DNA from: Candidatus Latescibacterota bacterium
Lineage (GTDB): Bacteria > Krumholzibacteriota > Krumholzibacteriia > WVZY01
Assembly (NCBI GenBank): GCA_963791045.1
Contig: CAWBQK010000011.1
Coordinates: 64,001-128,000, forward strand
Direction of reading: 5' to 3'
Length of the DNA: 64,000 bases
Shown piece after piece: positions 39,966 to 50,197 of this stretch. The notes below the pieces were generated by a model that saw only the letters and a program-made list of their open reading frames with translations, searched no databases and was not told the origin of the DNA. Within the stretch, counting starts at the first letter, position 1; every line of letters starts with the position of its first letter. Both the position numbers and the translations under genes were made by a program.

Positions 39966-42900
39966 ATGTACCGGCTTCGAAAGACATTTGTCACGGTGTT
40001 CGCGGTCGCCCTGGCCCTGGCGTTTGCGGCGGAAGCACAGGAACGCCGCTCGCCCGGTGAAGGCGGCGAAACCTACTCATTGGGTCTTCCCGGCCGGAAC
40101 CTCGCCCACGGGGGAATTACCGGAGGGGCGTATCTTCGAGGTGATAACAAGGACTTTGTGTCCTATGCGACAATTGCGACGTACAGGGACTTTGCACACC
40201 CGGCGTACACAATTATGGGTTTTTGGGGCGAACTTTACGGTGGTTACAGAGACTCTCGGGGTGGTGGGGAGATTGATGGAGGCGCGAGAGCGATGGTCAT
40301 GGCGCCAGCATTCAAGATCGGCGGCGGGGTTGATTACAACGTCCTCGATGGCACCATGGACGCGATCTTCTCGCTGGTGCTCCCGCTTCGGCGCGGCGGA
40401 ATCCTGGGTCACGGGAGTGCGCTCCGGGTCGACTGGCTTCCTGACAGGGGCCACTCGTTCAATATCGGTATTGATATGGCACTCCAAAGGTATGCGGGCA
40501 AGACTCGTCCCGACAAAGACCATGTCAAGTTCTCCAAATCAAGATCGCTCCCTGTTGATTATACGGTTACCGACCCCAATCTCGAAGACGCGCTGACAAA
40601 CATCGGCGATGCGGCGCACTGGATCAACCGGCTCACCGTGCCGTTTCTCGATCACAAGGGTTTCAAAGAAAAGAGTGGGATCGAACAGTTCCGCGAAGGA
40701 ACTGGACGCGATGAAAACACACATGGCGTCGACCAATCCACTGTACCCGAACGGCCGGACGATTCACGAAGAGGTCAGGGTGTATCACGAAGAGCTGGAC
40801 CGGGCGTTTTCGATTGCCGCGTCGGGGGAAACCTTCGTCCCCGGCAAGAGAATGAACTTGGTCGGATGGTGTCGACAGGGCGCTCGAGAAATTCTTTTTG
40901 AGGAGATCATCCTCCGATACGACCGACTCCTCGGTCAGAGAAAGAAGAACGACAGTGTGTTTGGTCTGGGCGTCAACGCCCGGGGGCTTTTCTCGCGTTG
41001 GGTCAATACGGAGACCGCTGTGGATGATGAGAATATCGACGCGGTACTCTCAGTTTTCGAAACGCTCATCGAGATCGTGGAGGAGAATCGGGCGTGGGCT
41101 AAAGACAAGTGGGAGGACTCCCGGCTCGTGTGGATACCGATGCAGTATGCGTTGCGGCCCGAGCAACACGACACGCAGGCGGAGATGGACCTTTTGGTCG
41201 AGCAAGCCACCCGGCACGCTTTCACAAACGGAAATGAAGTCTATCTATATTATCAATGAACAGTTCCAATTCGAGGTTCAGAAGCAAATACTCGCCGCCG
41301 AAGACTATCACGTATTGTGGATACATGATTTCCGTGGCGTGGATGGCGCCGGGGACCCGGACCTCGTTTCTTTCGCGCAAGTTGTGACGTCGTATTTCAA
41401 GGCGATGACCGATCGGATCCGTGCCTACGATGACACGGGTAAGTTTCCCGTCTATCTGATTGTCCAGGATCAGTTCTACTACGAGAACAATAAGAGCCGC
41501 CGGTGGCACAAGCTTCTCATGGATCCAATGGGTCACAAGATTAATCTGCCCAAAGATTTCAAATGGATGGAAGCAGCGATCGACAGCGCGCAAACCGAGC
41601 TTCGTGATGCCGTGGCGAACTCGCAACTCCTCCAGGCGGAGGCCCGTGAGTACGGGGACGACTGGCTTGAGAATCGGATAAAGGTGCATGTGAGTATCAC
41701 TCAGCCGGCGGATATGTCGTTTTGGAGTCACACCGTGCTGCCGGTTCTCGGTCTCCACGACAACTACGTTCGCGACCACCGCAAGATTTCGTTCTATGAT
41801 GTCACGGAAGACGATCCGTTCAAAGGCGGCGCCATCTATACGGGGATGGGAATCGGTGAGCACTACATGGGGGCGTCATGGGAGGATCGCGCCATTCTGG
41901 CCAAGGGGCCGGCGCTTCTCGATTTGAAAGGAGCGTGCGTGCAGCTTCTCCAGCAGAACGGGTTTGAAGACGATGAGATTCCGCATGTGCTTCGTTCGAA
42001 GCCCAAGCCGTGCAACTACGACGAAATGGTCGCGGCGGGCGCTTCTCCCGAGAATTCCGCCCGTGCGGTCGAACTCCACAATGTCGTCGGGTTCGGGCCA
42101 AAGAGGATCAGCGTTTTCAAGGCGATGATATACACGCTCATGCCCCCGGGTTCTGTGCTGCTCATGCCCGATTTCGTATGGCAGAGTCCTCTATGGGGAT
42201 CGATGGCGGTCGGCGGCGCGCTTCGCGGGACGAGATCCTTGATCGTATTTCCGTCACTTCCCAACCAACCGAGCCCTTCGGGTATTCCACAATCGAGGGC
42301 GCGTGAACTATTCCGCCGCCTGATCCAGGTTCAGCATTTCTTCAAGGAAGAATTTGCGGGGAGCGGCGGCATGTTAAAAACGGGTTTCTACGACCTGGAC
42401 ATGGATGTCAGGGATCTTCGCGCCCGCGTGGCGAAGTCGGCCAACTCTTTCAGGAAATATCCGTTTCTTCTCGAACTCGTACACGGGGAAGGGGTTGACC
42501 TCGACAAGTTCGAAGCGTCGCTTCAGCAACTGCTCGACGATGAAGGGTTCGAGATTCACCATTCGGTCGATGACGCGTTGGTCCGGCGCCCTCAACTGCA
42601 CATGAAGGCCCAGTTTTATGCATCTTCCGAAGCATGGGATACATTTTTCTCGCTGCGGGATGAGACATTGGCGTCTCGTACCTACCTCATGGCCTGGGCG
42701 CGGCAGCTGCGCGACGGCGTGAGCGATCCCAGCCAGTTCCACAAGGAAATGGCGCCTGTGATCGAAGACTTCATGAAAAAGGCCGAGGGACGGCTTAGTA
42801 GCGAGACCTGGGAGAAAGCAATTATTTATCTCAGTGTCGGATCGCAAAACATGGATTACCGGGGAATGTTCCTCGACGGCGAAGTTGTTTTCGTTGCGAG

Positions 42901-43051
42901 CCGCGGCGGCGTGCTGACCGGCTTATTCGATCTGATGCACGTAATGGGTTCATCCGATTGGGTTGACGACGAGGCTCAGCTCGATCATTACATGGGGTCG
43001 TACGGGTGGTTTACGCGTCACATATCGCGCTGGGCGACACCTTTACAGTAG
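39966..43051 (+). CDS. Large secreted phospholipase D superfamily protein with N-terminal beta-rich domain; ~1027 aa, two frameshifts
   Basis: ORFs 39966-40901, 40609-41259 and 40898-43051 join at ~40691 and ~41243. HRKISFYD (HxKxxxxD), HMK, GSQNMDYR...DGE. Confidence 0.75.
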
Positions 43052-43144
43052 GTTTGGGTTCAAACAGGAGAGTTTGCGCATTCGGAAAATACCGTGTTTA
43101 GTGTTTTTGTGTCGAAACCCGTATCGGATAAACTCAAAATCATC

Positions 43145-44491
43145 ATGAGCCAAATTTCCCTTAGATCGTTGTTTGTGCACGTTGTGTGCACGCTCCTTCT
43201 GTGCGGTTCAGCCGCCGCGCAGGATTCCCACTACTGGTCCGAGAAGTACGGCACCCGCTCGGAACTGCTCGGGGGCGCCGTTGTCGGGAGTCCGCAGGAT
43301 CTCAGCACGACGTTCTACAATCCCGGCGGCCTTACTCGCCTCGAAACGCCATCCTTTCTTATTAGCGCGCAAGCATTCGAGTACCAGTGGCTCGATGTCG
43401 AAGATCCAACCGGCAATTTTGAGGATTTGTGGACGGACAGGTTTGGAGTGGCGCCGACTCTTTTTGCCGGTACTTTCCCGAGGGACTGGGTGTCGGGGAC
43501 GCTCGCCTATTCGGTGCTTACGCGGCAGAAGTCAGAATTCCGGATCGACAGCTGGGGGAACGGGGCCGATCTGGACTCGGACGGTGAGACCGTTATCGCC
43601 AATATGCTGATCGACACGAAGTCGACGGAAACCTGGGGTGGGCTGACGTGGGGGGGAGATGTCGGGGCGGTTGGAATCGGCGCCTCGTTGTATGGAGCCT
43701 TGCGAAACCAGCGGGGGCGTTTCGAGTATCTGTACCAACCGATGCCAACCGGGGCGCCCGGGCTGGTTCTGGCCTCGGTCGATGACTACAGTTACTGGCA
43801 TGTTCGCATGCTCGCGAAGGCGGGCGCTTATTGGCAGCGGGATCGCCTGAGTCTTGGGATCACGCTTACCACACCCGGACTTCCTCTTTTTGGCAGCGGC
43901 GATGCGGCTTACTATCGAAGTCTCGTTTTCACCGATTCGACAGGCGTGCCGGAGATCACCGAAGGCGGCGCGCCGGACGACGTCTCAGTAACGTATCGTT
44001 CACCCTCGTCAATCGCGATCGGGACGCGTTACGGGAAGCCAGGGAACGCGGTCTACGTCACAATCGAGTGGTTCCACTCCGTGGATCCTTATCAGGTTCT
44101 GTCTACGCCCGACGCGCCGGAATCAGGTCTAGGGTCGACTCTCCGCTCCAGGACCACACAGGAGTCGGCGTCCGTGGTCAACGTCGCGATCGGGTATGAA
44201 TACTCTCCTCGCAACCGGCTTACTTTTTTTGGAAGCTTTCTGACGAACTTCACAAGTGCGGTTGATAACCGTGCCGCGTCGCATTCGGTTTCCACATGGG
44301 ACATTTACCAGTTTACGATAGGAACCGCGTTCAAGGCGGCTTCTGTTGATTTTACGCTGGGGGGATCGTTTGCGTTTGGGAACGACGAGATTACGCGGTT
44401 GACCGATATTCCGGAAATGCCACTTTTTGATATCTCGCAGGTCCGTTACCGGAAACTCAAGGTGTTCATAGGGTTTGAGTTTGGGAGCTGA
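43145..44491 (+). CDS. Outer-membrane beta-barrel, FadL/TodX-like
   Basis: Signal peptide; G.RS..LGGAV.....D....FYNP.GL; C-terminal FIGFEF. Confidence 0.75.
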   Translation: MSQISLRSLFVHVVCTLLLCGSAAAQDSHYWSEKYGTRSELLGGAVVGSPQDLSTTFYNPGGLTRLETPSFLISAQAFEYQWLDVEDPTGNFEDLWTDRFGVAPTLFAGTFPRDWVSGTLAYSVLTRQKSEFRIDSWGNGADLDSDGETVIANMLIDTKSTETWGGLTWGGDVGAVGIGASLYGALRNQRGRFEYLYQPMPTGAPGLVLASVDDYSYWHVRMLAKAGAYWQRDRLSLGITLTTPGLPLFGSGDAAYYRSLVFTDSTGVPEITEGGAPDDVSVTYRSPSSIAIGTRYGKPGNAVYVTIEWFHSVDPYQVLSTPDAPESGLGSTLRSRTTQESASVVNVAIGYEYSPRNRLTFFGSFLTNFTSAVDNRAASHSVSTWDIYQFTIGTAFKAASVDFTLGGSFAFGNDEITRLTDIPEMPLFDISQVRYRKLKVFIGFEFGS

Positions 44492-44537
44492 GCGGCGTGT
44501 CAAATAGAATCCGGCCGGGAATCATAAGGGACAAAGA

Positions 44538-44960
44538 ATGAGCATGAATCTGGAAACAACCGTTGATGAAGGTTTTCTTCGTGTCCACGTGACCGGAGAA
44601 TTTGTCTTCGAGGAAGCGAACGATTGTTTAGTCACCGTTTTCGAGGCCATCGAGCAGCACAAACTTCAAAGAGTTCTGGTGGACTGCCGGCAGCTCTCTG
44701 GAGAACCAACGACAATCGAGCGCTTTTTCCACGCGACATTTGCCGTTCGCGAGATGGACAGATTCGCCGACAAAGGCGTCTTCCGCGGAACTCGATTTTC
44801 GTACCTCGGTCACGAGCCGTTGATTGACCGAAATCATTTTGGCGCAACCGTCGCCACCAACAGAGGCCTCATCGTGAAGGTATCCATGAACGAACAGGAT
44901 GCCTTGCAGTGGCTCAAAGCAGAATCAGTCGACGAAACTGCCCAGGACGATTCGAACTGA
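44538..44960 (+). CDS. Hypothetical protein, STAS/SpoIIAA-like fold
   Basis: L.V..TG.F, RVLVDCR.L, F...VA.NRG..V, EQDALQWL. Confidence 0.7.
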   Translation: MSMNLETTVDEGFLRVHVTGEFVFEEANDCLVTVFEAIEQHKLQRVLVDCRQLSGEPTTIERFFHATFAVREMDRFADKGVFRGTRFSYLGHEPLIDRNHFGATVATNRGLIVKVSMNEQDALQWLKAESVDETAQDDSN

Positions 44961-45013
44961 TTCCATCCCGAGCAGCTTGCTGATGAACATTCGAGCCGTT
45001 CGAACGAGCCGGT

Positions 45014-45703
45014 TTACTCGCTGTCTTTACCAATAAACCGGTATACCACCGCGCCAAGAACGCCGCCGACGATCGGCGCCACCCAGAACAACCACAACTG
45101 AGCAACGGCCCATCCGCCGACAAAAACGGCGACACCGGTGCTCCGTGCCGGGTTCACGGACGTGTTCGTCACCGGGATGCTGATCAAATGGATGAGAGTG
45201 AGGCAAAGACCGATCGCGATGGGCGCGAACCCCTGTGGAGCGCGTTTATCCGTCGCGCCGAGAATGACAACAAGGAACATCATCGTCATGACGACTTCTG
45301 TGACGAGCGCCGCGAGCAGCGAGTAGCCGCCCGGCGAGTGCTCGCCGTATCCGTTCGAAGCGAAGCCCGCCGACACATCGAAGCCGGCCGTGCCGCTCGC
45401 TATGATAAAGAGGACTCCCCCCGCGGCGATCCCGCCAAGGACCTGTGAGACGATATACGGCGCGAGTTGACCGCCGGGAAAACGGCCGCCCGCCCAGAGC
45501 CCGATCGAGACCGCAGGGTTGAGGTGGCACCCCGAGATATGGCCGATGGCGAACGCCATGGTGAGAACGGTCAGACCGAACGCGAGGGCGACACCGAGCA
45601 GGCCAATCCCCACTTCGGGAAACGCCGCCGCCAGAACGGCGCTGCCGCAGCCGCCGAGCACGAGCCAGAATGTACCAAAGAACTCAGCCCCATACTTGTT
45701 CAT
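45014..45703 (-). CDS. aqpZ: Aquaporin Z
   Basis: [43 protein letters not shown] aggagg. Confidence 0.97.
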   Translation of the reverse strand: MNKYGAEFFGTFWLVLGGCGSAVLAAAFPEVGIGLLGVALAFGLTVLTMAFAIGHISGCHLNPAVSIGLWAGGRFPGGQLAPYIVSQVLGGIAAGGVLFIIASGTAGFDVSAGFASNGYGEHSPGGYSLLAALVTEVVMTMMFLVVILGATDKRAPQGFAPIAIGLCLTLIHLISIPVTNTSVNPARSTGVAVFVGGWAVAQLWLFWVAPIVGGVLGAVVYRFIGKDSE

Positions 45704-45861
45704 GGAAGCCTCCTGTTTAAAGTGGTGTTCACGGGGGAAGTTTTGCAGAGGCGCGGTCAGGACGTCAAGTTGAACAAATACGGAGCGGGAGAGCACGACG
45801 CCACAAGCTGTTATATAATAACACTATACGGTCCTTCTGCTGCGATCCAGGAGGTTTGCGG

Positions 45862-46125
45862 GTGAAGCTTCTATGTTGTTTTTTGATTATCGTTTCGTGC
45901 ATCGTCACGGCGGGGATTGTGTGTGCACAGCCTCATCAAATCGGGATATTCAATGATACGCGCGGCTGCCCGTGTGAAGTCACCGACTATGCTCCGGGGA
46001 TCATCACGATGTCCGTTCTCCATCTCCAATCCCCCGGCGCCAAGGCGGTGCGGTTTTCGGCGCCGAAACCCTACTGCTTCAACGCGATCTGGTTGACGGA
46101 CACAATAAAGTCTCTTTACGAGTAG
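45862..46125 (+). pseudogene. Internally deleted secreted protein of the TWG-tail type (or a mini-protein)
   Basis: RBS aggagg, signal peptide, IGIF.D..G..C...D..PG...FSAP.P.CF...WL.D, then directly IKSLYE*. Confidence 0.55.
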
Positions 46126-46167
46126 CCGCCGCCGCGATGGCCGGACCGAACATACCCTCTGCACGAT

Positions 46168-47539
46168 TTATTTGCCGTTCAACAAAATACTCCGTCCCCT
46201 CTCGACGACCACGTCGCGTCCGCTGTAGATGTCTTCCCGCGACGGATAAACTTCGACATCGGGCCTGATGCCGATTCCCGCAAAATCCCGCTTGTCCGGG
46301 AAGAGCGCTTCGAAGGTGGACACTGAAAACTGTCCGCCGCCCGGAAGCACGGAAACAAGCCCGTGTCCGGCGCCGCCGCACGTTTGAGTCCCCACTACCG
46401 TCACCCGTCCGGTCTGCTGAAGTTCAATGACGAGATCTTCCGCCGAACTATTGGTGCCCCCGTCAACGAGAAGAACCAGCGGCCCCAGGTATCTTTTGCC
46501 GTCGCGCGGGGCGACCGTGGAATGGTCGATCGGACCACTTGGGCTCATGCCCCCAGGCCTCTTCGGCTGCCGAGTAGTGGCGGTATCGCATCAACGGAGA
46601 ATCGACCATGCCTTCGATCAGGCAGCTCACGATTCCTTTTGTAACAGTGCTATTGCCGCCGAGGTTCGAACGGACGTCGATAATCATTCCTTTTATGGCG
46701 GCGGTATCGGTCGTGTCGATCAATGCCCTGAAATCCTCTTCGATCCGGGTGTGTTCGAAATTCGGGATCGACACGTAGAGGACGTCTCCATCCAGCATTC
46801 TGGCCTCGATGGTCTCGGCAAAGAGTTTTTCCACGAAACGGTACATGAACGGCGCCCCGCCGTTTGAGAAAGCGTTGCGCGTTAAGGTGACATCCCTGAC
46901 GTTTCCGTCAATCTCCCTGATCTGCAGATCGACTGTGTCGCCTGCGGGGCCGAACAAGAGGTAGACGGTGAGGATCGCTTCGTCTCCCTGCGGAGATCCC
47001 TGTGTGTGATACTTGAGTACGTTGTCATCAAAGTAATCACGCACGGGAATCCCCTCGCCGACTTCCAGTATCTCGAGGCCGGGGCGGATGTTCTGCGTTT
47101 CGATTTCATCGCCGGTGCCGACACGCGTGATGATAAAGCGACCGTCGAGGACATTTACCTCGATCGGCGGCAGATCGTATCCCGGTTTGAAGTGACCCCA
47201 GGGCGGAGTGATGCGTGTGTGCGAATCCTTGAGGAGCGCGACGAGTTCCTGAAGGACGAGATAATAGTCGTCCATGGTTTCGGCCGCGATGACGCGGGGG
47301 AGATACTGCTGAACGGTTGCGTCCCAGTCGAGATCTGGCCGTTTGTCGAAGTGGGGAAACGCGTACTTCGTCTCCGCCCATATCGTCATCAATCCCCACA
47401 CTTTTTGTTCGACCGTGCCCGTCCATTCTGCGCCGTCGCCCTTCGCGGGGTCCTCGGCAAATCCCGGCGAGGCAAAGCAGGTTGTCACGACAAGAAAAAT
47501 CAACAGAAACCGCAAGACATATCGACCGGTCGTGCTCAT
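46168..47539 (-). CDS. S41 family peptidase (frameshift near 46533)
   Basis: IIDVRSNLGG in ORF 46463-47539; LLVDG.T.SSAE and VVG..T.G in ORF 46168-46548; joined by removing one C. Confidence 0.88.
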
Positions 47540-47625
47540 GACTCTGACCCTTCCATTTCTATATGAATCTCAGTGGGTTCCTTAGCTGTAAGTTCTTCTT
47601 AGTCTCTACGAATCGGATGTGGTGA

Positions 47626-47655
47626 TGGTTGCGGCGTCCGGGCTCGAACCTGCGA
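47626..47655 (-). other. Degenerate tRNA 3'-end fragment (initiator tRNA-like), possible att remnant
   Basis: TCGCAGG-TTCGAGC-CCGGA-CGCCGCA-A-CCA has exact T-arm/acceptor/CCA spacing. Confidence 0.4.
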
Positions 47656-47726
47656 AAAGCCGGGGTGTCATGGAATCCAATTGTACTGGTTAACAGAATA
47701 ATATCACTCCCGCAGCGGGAGTTAAA

Positions 47727-47739
47727 AATCAACGACTTA
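47727..47739 (+). promoter_or_regulatory. IHF-consensus-like site
   Basis: AATCAA-CGAC-TTA matches WATCAANNNNTTR. Confidence 0.4.
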
Positions 47740-47927
47740 GTGCGGTCTCCGGCGATTCGCTCGAGACTGCACGAATTCGGTTATGGGTTTATCCAAAAAA
47801 TTGCGGTATTTTAGAAACGCAGAATGTAACTGCGGTCTGACGTTCGATGGGGGGCAAAGATGACTGGCGCGTACACGCGTTGGTTCCCCGCGTGGCAAAT
47901 CCATATCAATCTCAAAAGGAGACGCTC

Positions 47928-48650
47928 ATGGGTGTGACCAATAAGGAGTCTGGGACCCGTATCGATGAAGTCTCTGATGGAATCTACCGGATAAGTACGC
48001 CTTTCAGTGAACTCCCTGGAGGGTTCTCCTTCAACCAGTATCTGATCAAAGATGATCAGCCGTTACTCTTTCACACGGGACCAAGGCAAATTCACGCTTT
48101 GGTCAAGGAAGCGATTGCCAGTGTTCTTGATATCAAGGAGCTGCGGTTCATAGGGTTTTCTCACTATGAATCTGACGAGTGCGGATCGCTTAACGAATTC
48201 CTCGCCCTTGCTCCGGATGCGGCTCCGTTGTGTGGACAGATAAACGCGATGATCAATGGCGATCTGTTTGACAGGGGGGCGCATGTTCTCGCGAACGGTG
48301 AGATGCTTTCGCTTGGGAGTCATAACGTTCGCTGGTTCGACACGCCGCACCTGCCCCACGCATGGGAGTGTGGCTATCTCATGGAAGAGAAAACCAGAAC
48401 ACTTCTATGCGGCGATCTTTTTACTCAAGGCGGTGCGGACAATCCACCCGTGACGTCAAAGGACATCCTCGAGTCGAGCGAGGCTTTCCGGAAACAGATG
48501 GACTACTACTCGCACACAAAAAATATTCGTCCGCTAATGGCTGCCCTGTCGGCGGCCAAGCCAACGATCCTCGCTTGCATGCACGGCAGTGCCTGGGAGG
48601 GGGACGGTGAGACGCTACTCACCGAACTCGCCGATTCGTTGGATGCCTGA
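47928..48650 (+). CDS. Metallo-beta-lactamase fold protein (FprA/ODP-like di-iron domain)
   Basis: FSFNQYLI, LFHTG, SHYESDECGS, TPHLPH.W, CGDLF, MHG; RBS aaggag. Confidence 0.88.
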   Translation: MGVTNKESGTRIDEVSDGIYRISTPFSELPGGFSFNQYLIKDDQPLLFHTGPRQIHALVKEAIASVLDIKELRFIGFSHYESDECGSLNEFLALAPDAAPLCGQINAMINGDLFDRGAHVLANGEMLSLGSHNVRWFDTPHLPHAWECGYLMEEKTRTLLCGDLFTQGGADNPPVTSKDILESSEAFRKQMDYYSHTKNIRPLMAALSAAKPTILACMHGSAWEGDGETLLTELADSLDA

Positions 48651-48662
48651 GCCCGAAGCGGT

Positions 48663-48800
48663 CTATGCCCTGGTGGTGAAACACATGTTTGGCGCGCCCA
48701 TCACGCCGGCGTTTTCCATGGCTTCTTTTGGCCTGGCGCTATTGACGAACGCATTTGCCGCATCCATATCGGCGAATTCGTGATAAATCGTTACCTCATT
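48663..48800 (-). pseudogene. 3' remnant of a paralog of the 51694-51963 gene
   Basis: Translates NEVTIYHEFADMDAANAFVNSARPKEAMENAGVMGAPNMCFTTRA* versus NEVTLYHEFGSMDAAKAFVGSPRLKEVMESAGVTGAPDMWFTNKA; in-frame stop just upstream. Confidence 0.85.
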
Positions 48801-48892
48801 TGTATTGGATAGACACGTCTTTCATCGAACGGCTTCGAGACGCTTTCCTTGGAGATTCTAGCCAGGCGGAGTGATTTGATGCGGGGATCGCT

Positions 48893-49108
48893 CTAGTAAT
48901 CGTAATGGTATAAGACTTTCAACTCGCTACTGCTCAGTGAAACAATTTCCATTCGATAAGAAATTGTCCCACCCCAGTAGCCAACTTCTATTTCCAGCAT
49001 ACTCTCTGACAGCGTCGTCCATTCCCCCTCGTAATTCGCATACGTGATGGGCGGCGTTCCGCAAGGACCGGAGTTTTTTCGCTCGGTTTCGGTTTGCCTG
49101 GTTGCCAT
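48893..49108 (-). pseudogene. Probable C-terminal fragment of a lipocalin-like beta-barrel protein
   Basis: ERKNSGPCGTPPITYANYEGEW...YWGG...MEIVSLS..ELK looks like the 3' half of a longer protein; no signal peptide. Confidence 0.5.
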
Positions 49109-49154
49109 CCTTGTCGAAAGTTGAAGCGGATCACTATGGAGTGGCCGGGGAGCC

Positions 49155-49910
49155 TCACCGATAAAGTTGTTTGACACTGCCCCAGGTCCTGGTCTCGACG
49201 CCGACAACACAGTCATTCGGAATCGCGGAAGAAATAAAGGCGATCGTTTCGTTTGTGCCGCAGAACAACGATGTCACCTCGGTTATGGTCCCGTAGAGAA
49301 GAACCCGTGTCCCGGAGTTGATGTAGGGCGTGACATCCGGAGACGTGTCAGCGAAGAGAAGTTCAGGAAAACACTCCTGGTAACAATTCCACACCTCCTG
49401 TCTGTAACTCTGCCCGCAGCCGCCTGGTCCTCCGTACAAAGTACCGTGGCCCAGCAACGCGATACCGTGTGTTGCAGTGCCGAGATAGGCATCCTGGTTT
49501 TCGGGGATTGCGTTGCGATCCGCATCCACGGCCCGGGCGTGGTACATGTACCCATGATTTGGCGCCGCCGTAACATCCACGAGTTCGAACGATAAGTGCG
49601 GCCCGCCACCCGGATCATCCACCCAATTCCACGCCACGGGCTCATTCGTGATGCGTTCCCATGCCCCGCATTCGACGCCAATGTCGCTCCGGTACACATC
49701 GATCCCGGTCGGAGTTGCTGTCCACGCGTTAACGCTCCATGGGTTCCCGTCGAGCTGGATCTGCAAGTGCAACCCACCCGGTTCTACCGAACCGAGCAAT
49801 CGTCCGTCAAAGACGAAGTAGGCGGGATCGCTCTGTACGGATGTGGGGGAGAACAGAAACAAAAAGCAAAACAAAAGGGCAGAAAAGAACGTGGTCAGCA
49901 GGAACCGCAT
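49155..49910 (-). CDS. Secreted protein with C-terminal TWGSVKQLY tail
   Basis: Signal peptide, FnIII-like VYRS...W.RI....Y.Y.ARAVD, ends VGVETRTWGSVKQLYR. Confidence 0.88.
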   Translation of the reverse strand: MRFLLTTFFSALLFCFLFLFSPTSVQSDPAYFVFDGRLLGSVEPGGLHLQIQLDGNPWSVNAWTATPTGIDVYRSDIGVECGAWERITNEPVAWNWVDDPGGGPHLSFELVDVTAAPNHGYMYHARAVDADRNAIPENQDAYLGTATHGIALLGHGTLYGGPGGCGQSYRQEVWNCYQECFPELLFADTSPDVTPYINSGTRVLLYGTITEVTSLFCGTNETIAFISSAIPNDCVVGVETRTWGSVKQLYR

Positions 49911-50197
49911 AAAGCACCTTCTTTTTATTGCGCCAAGATAAGTACATCATGGGGAAACGACTCTGGGGATAATTATATCATATTTAAAGGGTTAAACGAA
50001 CAAAGACGTCATGCAGCCTTGTTGGCTTCGCGTTTCAATAATCGAGAACAAATCGCCCTCAAAGGAATTGTATTGGCTCTCCAGAGTAAGCGAATTTGGA
50101 ACTGGTCTTATCGGAGATGTTGCGCTATTGATTAGGGCAAAGAGTAAGATCGCAACATAATACAGATTCAGACGACAGAAATTGGAGTATAGAGATT

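Noticed and set aside
44980-45010. CTGATGA hammerhead-like core (also at 24454)
   Set aside because: No GAAA after a proper stem II and no stems I/III.
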